Positions 27,712 through 37,933 of a stretch of 64,000 nt of DNA are shown here, one piece after another. The translations under genes were made by a program, and so were the position numbers. The DNA is from Candidatus Hermodarchaeota archaeon (GTDB taxonomy: Archaea > Asgardarchaeota > Lokiarchaeia > Sigyniarchaeales > SOKP01), in contig JBHLLG010000001.1 of assembly GCA_048885925.1 (NCBI GenBank), positions 3,105-67,104 on the forward strand, given 5' to 3'. The notes below the pieces were generated by a model. It did no database searches and was not told the DNA's origin. It was given only the letters and a program-made list of their open reading frames with translations. Every line of letters starts with the position of its first letter. Positions within the stretch are counted from its first letter, which is position 1.

Positions 27712-29895
27712 TTAAGCGCCAATTGGAATGATCAATTTATGATTTATAAGAGCTTCAAGTGCGTCAATTATTACATCTTCATCTTTTACACCAAATTCTT
27801 CAATTAAAGTCATTAATTTAAAAATACCCCTTTCTTGTGAAAATTTAAAAAGGATGTTAATCATTCGATATTCTTGTTTAGATAGATTTGTCTCTTTTTT
27901 GATCCTTTGAAGCTCTGATTGTTCAATTGCAATTTTAAAGAAGTCTTTATAATATAAATCAAAATACTTGTTTAGAAGAGGCGGGATTTGCACCTTAAAT
28001 ACTTGCAAATTATTATCCCAGTCTTTTAATATTTCAGCATTCTTTAAATAAACGTCTAACGTAAAATTAAACATTTGTTGTTTTAATCTTTTAGATGATT
28101 TATTTTTAAGAATAAGTACAGTACGAATCTCCTCGATATCCAAAATTAGACAATAGAAATGTTTAAAATCTAATTCAACAATCTTTTTTGGACTAAGCTC
28201 GGCTCCTGATTCAGTAGGTTTGGCTTTGTATGATTTTTTATTACTTATTTCATCACCCACAATAGAAATCGCTTGAATAAAGCCTGAGAAAAGAGTATTT
28301 TTATTTTCCATTATATCAGAATAATTTCTGGTAAACATTGGAAGACCACTTTCACTATGAATGAGTAGTATCCCTTGAATATTATCAGCATCCTTAAATT
28401 TTTGCGTCCTTAAAAGTAAATTCTTTTTTTTCTTCATTTTATGCGGTATAAAAAAATAAGATCTTAAACTTAAACTGGTCAATAATGCAATAATTACAAA
28501 TAAAATAATCAATACTATCCAAATTATATAGTAGGGAAAGGATTCTTCTTGAAATATTGTATATGAAATTGTAAGATAAACATCGTCAATAGAAAATATA
28601 AATCGCTTATCTAATTCAAAATCTTCTGCTAAATACAATACAAACGTTATGGAAATATTAAAATTTGGAAATATATAAGGTTTTATATCATCTGCTCCTA
28701 AATTTATCTCTTGAAATGTTAGTATAAAATCTTTTAATTTAATTGGTTTATAAATTTCGTGATTATTAATGATAACCTTTAATTCTGAGTAATCAGATAA
28801 TGATCCGGACCAAATAATGTCAGTTTTATATTTAAAATCTAACACTGCATCTGTTATTTCTATATTATTCCCAGTTACAGTTTTTCCAATCTGGTTCCAT
28901 GAAACAGAAGTATATTGATTTATTTTTTTCTCCATTGTGAATGTTAAATTAACATATTTTATGTAGATTTCATCAAAATAATCAAGATCCCAATAATTTG
29001 CAACATTATCTTCAATATGTAATGTAATTCCAAGGGTAAGCGTAAAATTGGAATTATCTGTACTTAAAACAGATGTAAGAGAATAAATTAAATCTTCTTG
29101 AGGGACGCTGAACATATTTGTGTCATATAAATGATCTTTACCAGGAGGGTCACCATTTCCAACCTGTTCGGTTTGAAAATGAGCTATCTCATAAACTCGA
29201 TTCTTTTCCAAATCTGAAACCAATATATAATATTGAATAAAATCTCCAATACTATATGTGTCCACAATCCAATTTGGGTTCAGCCTTGCCAAATCTCCGG
29301 TTAAGTAATCCTCTAAACGATCAAGATTTTCATCTACAGTTGCATTAACAATTGCCTGAATAGAAGCTGATTTAATTACGTAATCTGACATATCAACTGG
29401 CAAAGATATGTTTTGATCCCAATGTACACTCGGTTGCTGAACAGCGGTTATATCGTCAAATTGATGAGACACTCTACACCCTTCAGAGGTAATCTCATCA
29501 ATATCGGGGCGATCAGGCAAATGAGGATTATTCACCTCAGTCCAATCTAAATCAAGAGGAGGATCTGCTACTAATGAGAAAATTCTCGTCTCTCCTAAAA
29601 TTTCGAAATTAGCTTGCCCAGAATTTATAGATGCATTTACATCTGATGAATCACCTGTAAAAGTAGATGTCCAATATTCTATACCAGAATCAAAAGATGG
29701 ATTTTTGACCCATTGTGTTGTATTTTTTATATCAGCTGATATGGGATTTCTTTCAAATTGAAAGTCTTTTAAGTTAGTTGGTAAAAAGGTAAGTGGTTTT
29801 ATAAATATCCAACTTGATGATATTAGGATTAAAATAAAGACTATAATTATAATTTTTTTAACAATATTTCTTAAAGAAATAGATAAATCCTTCAT
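27712..29895 (-). CDS. Single-pass membrane protein: extracellular beta-rich region, TM, cytoplasmic longin-like domain, winged-helix-like tail
   Basis: N-terminal signal/TM, NPSFD.G...W, TM near aa 455-480, IQGILLIHSESGLPMF...LFSGFIQAI. Confidence 0.75.
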   Translation of the reverse strand: MKDLSISLRNIVKKIIIIVFILILISSSWIFIKPLTFLPTNLKDFQFERNPISADIKNTTQWVKNPSFDSGIEYWTSTFTGDSSDVNASINSGQANFEILGETRIFSLVADPPLDLDWTEVNNPHLPDRPDIDEITSEGCRVSHQFDDITAVQQPSVHWDQNISLPVDMSDYVIKSASIQAIVNATVDENLDRLEDYLTGDLARLNPNWIVDTYSIGDFIQYYILVSDLEKNRVYEIAHFQTEQVGNGDPPGKDHLYDTNMFSVPQEDLIYSLTSVLSTDNSNFTLTLGITLHIEDNVANYWDLDYFDEIYIKYVNLTFTMEKKINQYTSVSWNQIGKTVTGNNIEITDAVLDFKYKTDIIWSGSLSDYSELKVIINNHEIYKPIKLKDFILTFQEINLGADDIKPYIFPNFNISITFVLYLAEDFELDKRFIFSIDDVYLTISYTIFQEESFPYYIIWIVLIILFVIIALLTSLSLRSYFFIPHKMKKKKNLLLRTQKFKDADNIQGILLIHSESGLPMFTRNYSDIMENKNTLFSGFIQAISIVGDEISNKKSYKAKPTESGAELSPKKIVELDFKHFYCLILDIEEIRTVLILKNKSSKRLKQQMFNFTLDVYLKNAEILKDWDNNLQVFKVQIPPLLNKYFDLYYKDFFKIAIEQSELQRIKKETNLSKQEYRMINILFKFSQERGIFKLMTLIEEFGVKDEDVIIDALEALINHKLIIPIGA

Positions 29896-30128
29896 TATTA
29901 TCTATCTTATTATTTAAATTATACCTAATTTTCCTTATACCTATTTATCTAAGAATAAATATAGTAATGTTGAGTATATAATATTTTTCAAATTTGTCGT
30001 CATGATCATTTATTTTAGAGTTGATTTACAAAAATTATTTAGTTATATTAATAGAATTATCAATCCCTCTTTTATGAAGATTTTTCATCAGAAAATCTTT
30101 ATTTACTCTTATAACATTAATATAAAAT

Positions 30129-31754
30129 ATGTCTAATTCACAAAGAAAATATATTCTAGCAATAGATCATGGTACTGGTGGTCCTAAATCAGCTATAGTA
30201 TCAACAGAAGGAGAAATTCTTGAATGGGCTTTTCAAGAGGTGCCTTTACATGTATCTAAAGGGGGAGCGGTAGAACAAAATCCTGATGATTGGTGGAATG
30301 CAATCATTAAAACATCAAAGAAAGTAATCGAGAGTGGAAGTGTATCTGTTGATGATATAGTAGGTGTGTGTAATACAAGTCAATGGAGTGGAACAGTTGC
30401 GGTTGATAAAGATGGAAACCATTTAATGAATTCAATAATTTGGATGGATACAAGAGGAGCAAAATACATCAAGCAATTTCATAAAGGATTATTAAAAGTA
30501 TCAGGATATAACATACGAAAAATGTTAGCCTTACTAAAAAGAGTTGCAGGAGGACCAGCTCATCATGGGAAAGATCCAATTTCTCATATTTTAGTATTAA
30601 AATATGATTTTCCAGAGATTTATGATAAAACCTATAAGTTTTTAGAACCACAGGATTATATTAATTTAAGGTTAACTGGGAAGTTTGCTGCCTCAATTCC
30701 CTCTATAGCACTTCATTGGATCGCCGATATCAGAGATCTTATGAACGTAAAATTGTCTAAAAAGTTAATACGAATGTATAAGGTCGATCGTAATAAATTT
30801 CCATCAGATTTAAAAAACTCTATAGACATATTAGGTCCAATTAAGAATGATGTCGCAGATGAGATCGGTTTAAATAGAGGGATTAAAGTGGTTATGGGGG
30901 CTCCTGATGTTCCCTCAGCTAATATTGGATCTGGAGCAGTTCGGGATTATGAGACTCATATCTATATTGGTACATCTGATTGGATTGGATGTCATATACC
31001 CTTTAAAAAGGTTGATATTTTTCATAATATGGCAAGTTTACCTTCAGCAATTCCAGGGAGATATATATTAGCAAATGAGCAAGAAATAGCTGGTGGAGCT
31101 CTTTCCTTTCTTAGAGATAAGATTCTTTACCATAAAGATGAACTTTTAAAAGAAGAAGCTGTTCCTGACGTATATAAAATTTTTGATAAGATAGTAGAAA
31201 CTGTTCCTGCTGGTTCAAATAATCTTATTTTTGCACCATGGCTAATTGGTGAGCGAGCACCGATTGATGACCCTACTATTCGCGGAGGTCTTTATAATAT
31301 CTCATTAGAAATGTCACGAGAACATTTAATAAGAGCAATATTTGAAGGAGTGGCTTATAACATTAAATGGCTATTCATATATGTAGAAAAATTCATCCAA
31401 AAAAATAAAATCAAAGTAACGCCAGGAATGACGAAAAAAGATATTGTCATTCCAGAAATCAATATTATTGGTGGTGGTGCTCAGAGTAACATATGGTGTC
31501 AAATCTTTGCTGATGTTCTAAATAGAAAAATAAAGCAAATAAGAGATCCTATTCAGGCAAATGCTCGTGGAGCGGCTTTTATTGCCTCAGTAGCTTTAGG
31601 ATACCTTAATTGGGATGAGATACATAGATGCTGTGAGATATCAAACATTTTTACTCCCAATCCCGAAAATCGGAAGATATATGATAACCTTTTTGAAGAA
31701 TATCTGAATATATATAAGATTATGAAAAAAACCTATAAAAAATTAAATGGATAA
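30129..31754 (+). CDS. FGGY family carbohydrate kinase (xylulokinase-like)
   Basis: AIDHGTGGPK, EQNPDDWW, IIWMDTR, GERAP, RAIFEGVA and GGGAQS motifs. Confidence 0.93.
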   Translation: MSNSQRKYILAIDHGTGGPKSAIVSTEGEILEWAFQEVPLHVSKGGAVEQNPDDWWNAIIKTSKKVIESGSVSVDDIVGVCNTSQWSGTVAVDKDGNHLMNSIIWMDTRGAKYIKQFHKGLLKVSGYNIRKMLALLKRVAGGPAHHGKDPISHILVLKYDFPEIYDKTYKFLEPQDYINLRLTGKFAASIPSIALHWIADIRDLMNVKLSKKLIRMYKVDRNKFPSDLKNSIDILGPIKNDVADEIGLNRGIKVVMGAPDVPSANIGSGAVRDYETHIYIGTSDWIGCHIPFKKVDIFHNMASLPSAIPGRYILANEQEIAGGALSFLRDKILYHKDELLKEEAVPDVYKIFDKIVETVPAGSNNLIFAPWLIGERAPIDDPTIRGGLYNISLEMSREHLIRAIFEGVAYNIKWLFIYVEKFIQKNKIKVTPGMTKKDIVIPEINIIGGGAQSNIWCQIFADVLNRKIKQIRDPIQANARGAAFIASVALGYLNWDEIHRCCEISNIFTPNPENRKIYDNLFEEYLNIYKIMKKTYKKLNG

Positions 31755-31811
31755 TAATTGAGACGAAATAATAAATAGAATTTGTTCTATTGATTCATTT
31801 TACATTTTTAT

Positions 31812-32687
31812 TTAATCTTTGATCTTTTTAGATAAATCCGGAGAGAATCTTCTATAAATAAATTCTTTGATAGCATTAACACGATCTTTAGTAATAGTAG
31901 AAGTAAGAGAACTTTCAGTTAATTTTTTAGTTAAATCTTTTTTAGAGATTTTATTAACAGTCTTTAGGATCGATAATGTTTGATCAACATCCTCTAAGAA
32001 TTTTGTAATATAATAATTTAAATTTTTTATATGATTATTTTGCCGCTTAGCATTTAAAACAGTATTAATAATTGACTTTTCTAATTCTAAGCCTGTATTC
32101 CAAGGCATTTGAACAATATGTTTCTTGGGATTCATTAAAAAGGCACTTTTTTTTTGGTTTTTGACTAAAGTATAAAAATATGAAACTGTAGGAAAGACAT
32201 AGCTACTATATCGAACAATTTTCAAACTTCTTGTGTTTTTATACACATCAGGCATGATTTCATCGAGAACTTTATTTATATAGTCTAAATTGACTTTATC
32301 TTTTTCTTCTATAATAAGATATAATGGGTAATTAAATAATTTTGCATGAATTAGCCCAGAAACACACCTGAATCCAAGAATATCAATAAATCTCTGTAAA
32401 TTTATTTGATCTAGATCCTCTACATAACTATCTTCTTTATGTGTTCCTTCAGTAGAACTTGAAATCGATAAATCTATCTTTTCATATCCAAGAATTCTTC
32501 CCTCTACATCTAAAAATACAACAAATACATGATTTTGACATACGGCACCTTGAGGAACTTGTACTTTTATATGGCCGTATTTCTTTCGAGAAAATAATTG
32601 TTCAGGGACACGTATAACCTTTTCTTCACCACACTGTGGACACGCTACATCTATTGATTTATATAGTACTTGCAAAATCAACCCCAT
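31812..32687 (-). CDS. Zn-binding N-terminal domain protein, sharing that domain with 18240..19220
   Basis: CPQC...VP...VCQNHVF..FLD....LGYE. Confidence 0.75.
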   Translation of the reverse strand: MGLILQVLYKSIDVACPQCGEEKVIRVPEQLFSRKKYGHIKVQVPQGAVCQNHVFVVFLDVEGRILGYEKIDLSISSSTEGTHKEDSYVEDLDQINLQRFIDILGFRCVSGLIHAKLFNYPLYLIIEEKDKVNLDYINKVLDEIMPDVYKNTRSLKIVRYSSYVFPTVSYFYTLVKNQKKSAFLMNPKKHIVQMPWNTGLELEKSIINTVLNAKRQNNHIKNLNYYITKFLEDVDQTLSILKTVNKISKKDLTKKLTESSLTSTITKDRVNAIKEFIYRRFSPDLSKKIKD

Positions 32688-32986
32688 TAAAATTAGTAAA
32701 TACGAAAAAATGTATGCAACTCATGAAAATATACAAATATAAATTTAACTTAATTATCAATTTTTGTTCTTTTTAGGAGAAATACATTTTAACTTTAATC
32801 ATAAATTATTCTAAAAAGAATGAAATATAATAATTCCCATATTATAAAGGAAATATATCGTATCTTCGGTTTTTTGTATAAATCTAATGAAAATCTGTAT
32901 ATAAAACATTAATTTAAAAACCTTAAAATTGAAATTGAGATGAAATTTCGAAATAATAAAATCCTTATTTGAGGAGAACTTAACTA

Positions 32987-33511
32987 TTATCTATTTTCTT
33001 CTTTCTCGTGGTGGAGCATAACAACAATACCCAATATCAAAATTGCCATATCATCTGAAACATCAGGCTGTATTTTCACTCCATATGTCCCTTTAATTTT
33101 AAACAGTTTTTTACTTATCTCAGCAATTTCTTTTCCTTCTTGTAATATTTTGTACTTTAAAGCCCAAATATTCCCTTTCATGGTAAATATTTTCTTTTCA
33201 TTAGGATCTTCGAACCAATAATTTGGTTTAACTGATACTAATTTTCTTTTTAATTTACCAATCAATTTACTATCGTCATCTTCCCCTCCATCATAAAATT
33301 TGTAAGAAGAACGCATTTAAACTATTTTTTCATAAACTGTTATTATCGGATTTTCTTGAAGATCTCTCAAACGATAAATATTTCCAATTTTTATAATCTT
33401 TCCTTGAAAATAACCGAGTTCTTCTCTATTAGGAGTCATTACCTTAACTTTATCTCTAAAAGATACTAATTTTTCTTGTAACAAAAATTCTCTTTGCTTT
33501 TTAAGTTCCAT
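32987..33511 (-). pseudogene. LURP-one/scramblase (tubby C-terminal-like) gene split by an in-frame TAA
   Basis: The two ORFs are in one frame (gtt TAA atg); QEKLVSFRD, GNIWALKYKI, IAEISKK and TYGVKI match the LURP-one pattern. Confidence 0.8.
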
Positions 33512-33627
33512 AAAAATGATAAGCTCTTTTTCTAATTGAAATTTTATTAAATTATTTTAATTCGAGTTTAAAAGTTTAAACAAATGGATAAATATTAAAA
33601 AAAATAAAAAAGTAAAAAAATCGGGAT

Positions 33628-35487
33628 TTATCCTTTAATTGTTTTTCCCTCTTTAAGTTTATCTTTATCTTTTTCTTGAAGTTCACGTCTTTGAACTTTA
33701 CCTGTAGCACTAACTGGCATCTTTCTGACGAATTCAATGTATTTAGGACTTTTCCACTTTGCCATGTTTTCTCTTGCCCATTCTTTTAATTGTTCACTAT
33801 TGATATCACGATCAGCTTTAAATCCCTTTTTAAGTGTAACCCATGCTTTAACGGCCTCTCCAGTCATTTCATCAGGGATTCCTGCAACTGCAACCTCATC
33901 AACAGCCTCGTGATGACCAAGTAACTCTTCTACTTCTTTTGGGAATACAGAATGACCAGAAACCTTTATTAAAGATTTTTTACGATCTCTTATCTCAACC
34001 CAACCATATTCATCCATAAACCCTATATCACCTGTAAGTAACCACCGTTTCCCACTCCAATATTTAAGATTATCTTCTTGTTCTTTTTGTATTCCTAGAT
34101 ATCCTAACATAATATGGGGACCTGCTAGACAAATTTCTCCAGTATTTTCGATTCCAAAACCTCCTCTCTCTTTAGTTCCATCACAAATAGGACCTGCCTC
34201 AAAACTATCAGAAGGAAATATAGCCCAATCTGCACCTGGAATTGGCAATCCTAGTTTTCCATCCTTAGTTGGCCCCCAAAAAGGAGCAATACTATGTACA
34301 GGTGAACTCTCCGTTAAACCATAACCAGCGCGTATTGGGCAAAATACTGACTCAAAAGGCTCTTGTACATAAGAATGTAATGGACCTGCTCCTTGTGTGG
34401 CATATTTTAGTTTCTTCCAAAAATCAAATTTCTTTTTAAATTCATCAATACCCATTTCTTGTACAAAATCTGTAAACCTTTTAAACCACATTTCGACACC
34501 GGTATATATCATTCCTTCTGGAGCATCGATTCTATTTACTGCTTCGCATAAAACATCATCTGAGGGTGGTTTTGGGAAGAGAAGCATAACCATTCCTATT
34601 CCAAGAGCAGCATTCATGACACATGTCATACCAAAACTATGAAAAAAGGGTATAATACCTAAAGTCACCACACCAGCTCCTATACCTGCCCAAGGTTTAA
34701 TCATATGTAGATTAGCACATAAATTAGCATGTGAAAGCATCGCAACTTTAGGTAGTCCAGTTGTACCACCAGTCATGAGATATATAGCAGGATCTGTCCA
34801 TGGATCTATCTCAACTTTAATGTCTTCTGGTTCGGTTTCCTTTATAATCTTATCCATCCAATACACTTTATAATGCTCTGTTTCATTTGGTATTTTGTCT
34901 CTAGCATTTGGAATGCCCAATTTCTCAATAGTGCCCTCATCAGCTGTCAGGAAATCCACAAAATTAGATGGTATTACAAATTTTACCTCCGTTTTTGGAA
35001 GAATGTCTTTAGGACCTGCAATATATAACATATCCATCATAACAAAAACTTTTGCTTTAGTCATAGTTAAAGAATGTAAAAGCTCCATCGGTCTATAGGT
35101 AGGATTGATCCCTTGTGCTATTGCACCAATATATTGACACCCCATATAAGCAACTACAAAATTGATCGAATTTGGTAGATCGATTCCAACAACATCGCCC
35201 TTTCTAATCCCTAGATTTTTATAGAGAAAAGTCCCAAATCTTTTGGCATATTCAAATAAGGTTCTTAGCTTTACACGTTCTATGTAAGGTCCATAGACAA
35301 ATATACATATATCATTATCCCATGTCCCATATAAATCTGCAGATTTCAAAAAATTTTCCCACAATGGTAAAATTTCCACATTTTCAACATCTTTTAATTG
35401 TTTCGGTACACCTTCAGGCCAATAACCTCCAGTAAACCAAACTTTATTTTCATCTACTAAAAATTCTGGATCATTTAAACTCGGCAT
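33628..35487 (-). CDS. Long-chain acyl-CoA synthetase (AMP-binding enzyme)
   Basis: TGGTTGLPK, GYGLTE, TGDIG, DRKK.LIK.SG and TGKVQRR motifs. Confidence 0.93.
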   Translation of the reverse strand: MPSLNDPEFLVDENKVWFTGGYWPEGVPKQLKDVENVEILPLWENFLKSADLYGTWDNDICIFVYGPYIERVKLRTLFEYAKRFGTFLYKNLGIRKGDVVGIDLPNSINFVVAYMGCQYIGAIAQGINPTYRPMELLHSLTMTKAKVFVMMDMLYIAGPKDILPKTEVKFVIPSNFVDFLTADEGTIEKLGIPNARDKIPNETEHYKVYWMDKIIKETEPEDIKVEIDPWTDPAIYLMTGGTTGLPKVAMLSHANLCANLHMIKPWAGIGAGVVTLGIIPFFHSFGMTCVMNAALGIGMVMLLFPKPPSDDVLCEAVNRIDAPEGMIYTGVEMWFKRFTDFVQEMGIDEFKKKFDFWKKLKYATQGAGPLHSYVQEPFESVFCPIRAGYGLTESSPVHSIAPFWGPTKDGKLGLPIPGADWAIFPSDSFEAGPICDGTKERGGFGIENTGEICLAGPHIMLGYLGIQKEQEDNLKYWSGKRWLLTGDIGFMDEYGWVEIRDRKKSLIKVSGHSVFPKEVEELLGHHEAVDEVAVAGIPDEMTGEAVKAWVTLKKGFKADRDINSEQLKEWARENMAKWKSPKYIEFVRKMPVSATGKVQRRELQEKDKDKLKEGKTIKG

Positions 35488-35629
35488 AATAATCTCATTT
35501 TTTCTATCTTCTTTAATATCTTTTAGTAAAAAATTTGTTAAAACCTTATTTATTATAATAAGATTGATTTGTTATTATATAATAATTTAACTTGATTTAA
35601 GTATTAATTCATCTCAATATAATTTACAT

Positions 35630-36496
35630 TTGGGTAAAATGGGTTTTAAAGATAAAGTTAAGGAACGATTAAAAGGAGAATTAACCGAGAAAGAATTCTC
35701 ATTGCTCCCTCGAGGTTTTCAAACCTTAGGACAGGTTATGTTGTTAAAACTAAATCCAAAACTTTTTGAAAAGAAAGAGCTTATTGGAAAGATTTGTTTA
35801 GAAATTTTTCCTAATTTTAAATCGATATACATTAATAAAGGTAAAATAACAGGAACTTTTAGAGAACCAGAAAATATTGAATTCATTGCAGGAATAAAAA
35901 ATCCTATTGTAGAACATAAAGAGCATGATGTAATTTATCGATTTGACATAACAAAAATCATGTTTAGTAAAGGAAATGTCAATGAAAGAAAATATCTCAC
36001 CACTCTTATAAAAAAAAGTGAAATTATAGTTGATATGTTTGCTGGGATTGGATATTTTTCATTACCGATTGCTAAACATTCTCCTGCGGCAAAAATATAT
36101 AGTATTGAGCTTAATCCCGAATCTTATAACTTTTTAATTGAAAATATTAAGATAAATCATTTAGAAGATAAAATTGTGCCTATCAATGGTGATTGCAAAG
36201 TTGAAGTTATAAAACTTAGTGAATCTGGGATTAGAGCAAATAGAGTAATCATGGGTATATTTCCAGCGCCAAAAGAATATATTACTGAGGCGTTAACCTT
36301 AGTAAATAATAATGGAACAGTATTTCATTATGAAGGGGTGGTTGAAAAAGATAATTATATTGACTTATTTGAAGAATTTAACGAAATCGCTCTTAATGAA
36401 AGCTATAAATGCGAGTTAAAATCGCATAGATTTGTAAAAAGTTATGGACCAAATTTATATCATGTAGTTTTAGATATTCTAGTTCTAAAAATGTAG
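35630..36496 (+). CDS. Trm5/TYW2 family tRNA-modifying SAM enzyme (Taw2-like)
   Basis: MFSKGN..ER, VDMFAGIGYF, RVIMG and VKSYGP...HVVLD motifs. Confidence 0.85.
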   Translation: MGKMGFKDKVKERLKGELTEKEFSLLPRGFQTLGQVMLLKLNPKLFEKKELIGKICLEIFPNFKSIYINKGKITGTFREPENIEFIAGIKNPIVEHKEHDVIYRFDITKIMFSKGNVNERKYLTTLIKKSEIIVDMFAGIGYFSLPIAKHSPAAKIYSIELNPESYNFLIENIKINHLEDKIVPINGDCKVEVIKLSESGIRANRVIMGIFPAPKEYITEALTLVNNNGTVFHYEGVVEKDNYIDLFEEFNEIALNESYKCELKSHRFVKSYGPNLYHVVLDILVLKM

Positions 36497-36595
36497 ATAA
36501 TTTTATTTATAAAATTGAAGAAATATATCTTATAAGGAAGTAAAAAGAGTGTAGCTATTATTATTTAAATTAATAATTTATGAGAGTGAGTTAAA

Positions 36596-37855
36596 TTGAT
36601 AGTTAACGCTGTTATTGGTTTAGATTATAGTCATAATAATATTTTAACATTAGAATCTTCTAGTTTTGGTGAATTTACTCAATTTTTATTCACTTCAGGA
36701 TATAAATTGGGCAAAATTGAAGCTGGTTTTTACTCTTTAGATAACTTAAAAAAATATAACATAATTATCCTTTCTACACCAAAAAATATTAATTTGAACC
36801 CAAAAGAGATAGAAGTTCTTGATAGTTATGTGAAAAACGGTGGTAGCCTTTTAATAATCAGTTCTAGCGGAGGAGATTACTCCAATAATACAAACTTAAA
36901 TGAATTAACACGAAAATTTGGATTTGAATTTGTATTTGATGAGATTTTTGATTCTGTGAACTATGTGAATCTTCAGAGAAGACCAATTTTAACAAAATTT
37001 AAACCTCATGTAATAACTGAACAAATAAAAAAAATTGTATTTTCTAGTTCATGTTCGATTAAAATCTTGGATTTTATCGAAGATGAAAAAAATGTAAAAA
37101 TAGATTGGTTAGTAAAATCAGGTTTAAATAGCTGGCATAAGTATTATAATGGAGAACAATGGATTGAAGACGATAGTCCTAAAATTCCTTTAATGGTTGT
37201 TGTTGATTATTATAAAGGAAAAGTAGTAGGATTTGGTAATCTCAGTATATTTTCATCTTTAGCCCGTGAATATGGTTTTTCTGCTTTAGATAATGATATC
37301 TTAATAGCTAATATTTTAAGTTTTTTAATAGGAAGTCTAGATTCAGAAGGAAAAGCCATAACAGTCGAACTAAATCTGGATTTATATCATTGGGCAGAAC
37401 AAATTGTTAATAAAGAGAAATGGGAAAGTATTTCAGATTTTATTAATGTAAGTTTAAAATATTTCAAAGATAATTATAACGAAATTATTAAAGAAATCCA
37501 ACAATTAAAATCAGAGAAATTGGAGAAGAGAAAAGAATATGAAAAAGCAAAAAAGGAAGAGATAAAAAAAGAAGTAAATAATGATAAGATTCTTGAAAAA
37601 CTTCCTGTTGTTGAACCAAAGAAAGAGGATCTTGTAGATATCATGAGTGCTTTAGAAGAGATTACAGGAGAGAAGTATGAGTTCTCTATAGAGTTAGATG
37701 AGGAAACATCAGAAGAACCTGAGGATAAGTCATTATTAGATTATGATGACGATGATATACTTGAATTTGAAGAAAAATTTCCTAAAAAAGCAATTTGGCA
37801 GGGAAAAGAAACAAAAGCGTTTAAAAGATGGTTAAAAGAAAAAAATAAGGAATAA
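36596..37855 (+). CDS. GldG/IFT52 (GIFT, DUF4350-like) domain protein with RHH-like segment and charged tail
   Basis: DYSHNN, EIEVLDSYVKNGGSLLI, NLNELTRKFG, GKVVGFG and DNDILIAN motifs. Confidence 0.75.
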   Translation: MIVNAVIGLDYSHNNILTLESSSFGEFTQFLFTSGYKLGKIEAGFYSLDNLKKYNIIILSTPKNINLNPKEIEVLDSYVKNGGSLLIISSSGGDYSNNTNLNELTRKFGFEFVFDEIFDSVNYVNLQRRPILTKFKPHVITEQIKKIVFSSSCSIKILDFIEDEKNVKIDWLVKSGLNSWHKYYNGEQWIEDDSPKIPLMVVVDYYKGKVVGFGNLSIFSSLAREYGFSALDNDILIANILSFLIGSLDSEGKAITVELNLDLYHWAEQIVNKEKWESISDFINVSLKYFKDNYNEIIKEIQQLKSEKLEKRKEYEKAKKEEIKKEVNNDKILEKLPVVEPKKEDLVDIMSALEEITGEKYEFSIELDEETSEEPEDKSLLDYDDDDILEFEEKFPKKAIWQGKETKAFKRWLKEKNKE

Positions 37856-37933
37856 TCTTATATTCTTTTATGTTCCCAAAAAAGATATTGAATCTTATAT
37901 ATATTATTCCTTAAGAATAAATTTATTTTAATT

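Noticed and set aside
33317-33319. Selenocysteine/pyrrolysine recoding at the internal stop
   Set aside because: The codon is TAA, not TGA/TAG, and the expected residue is Ser
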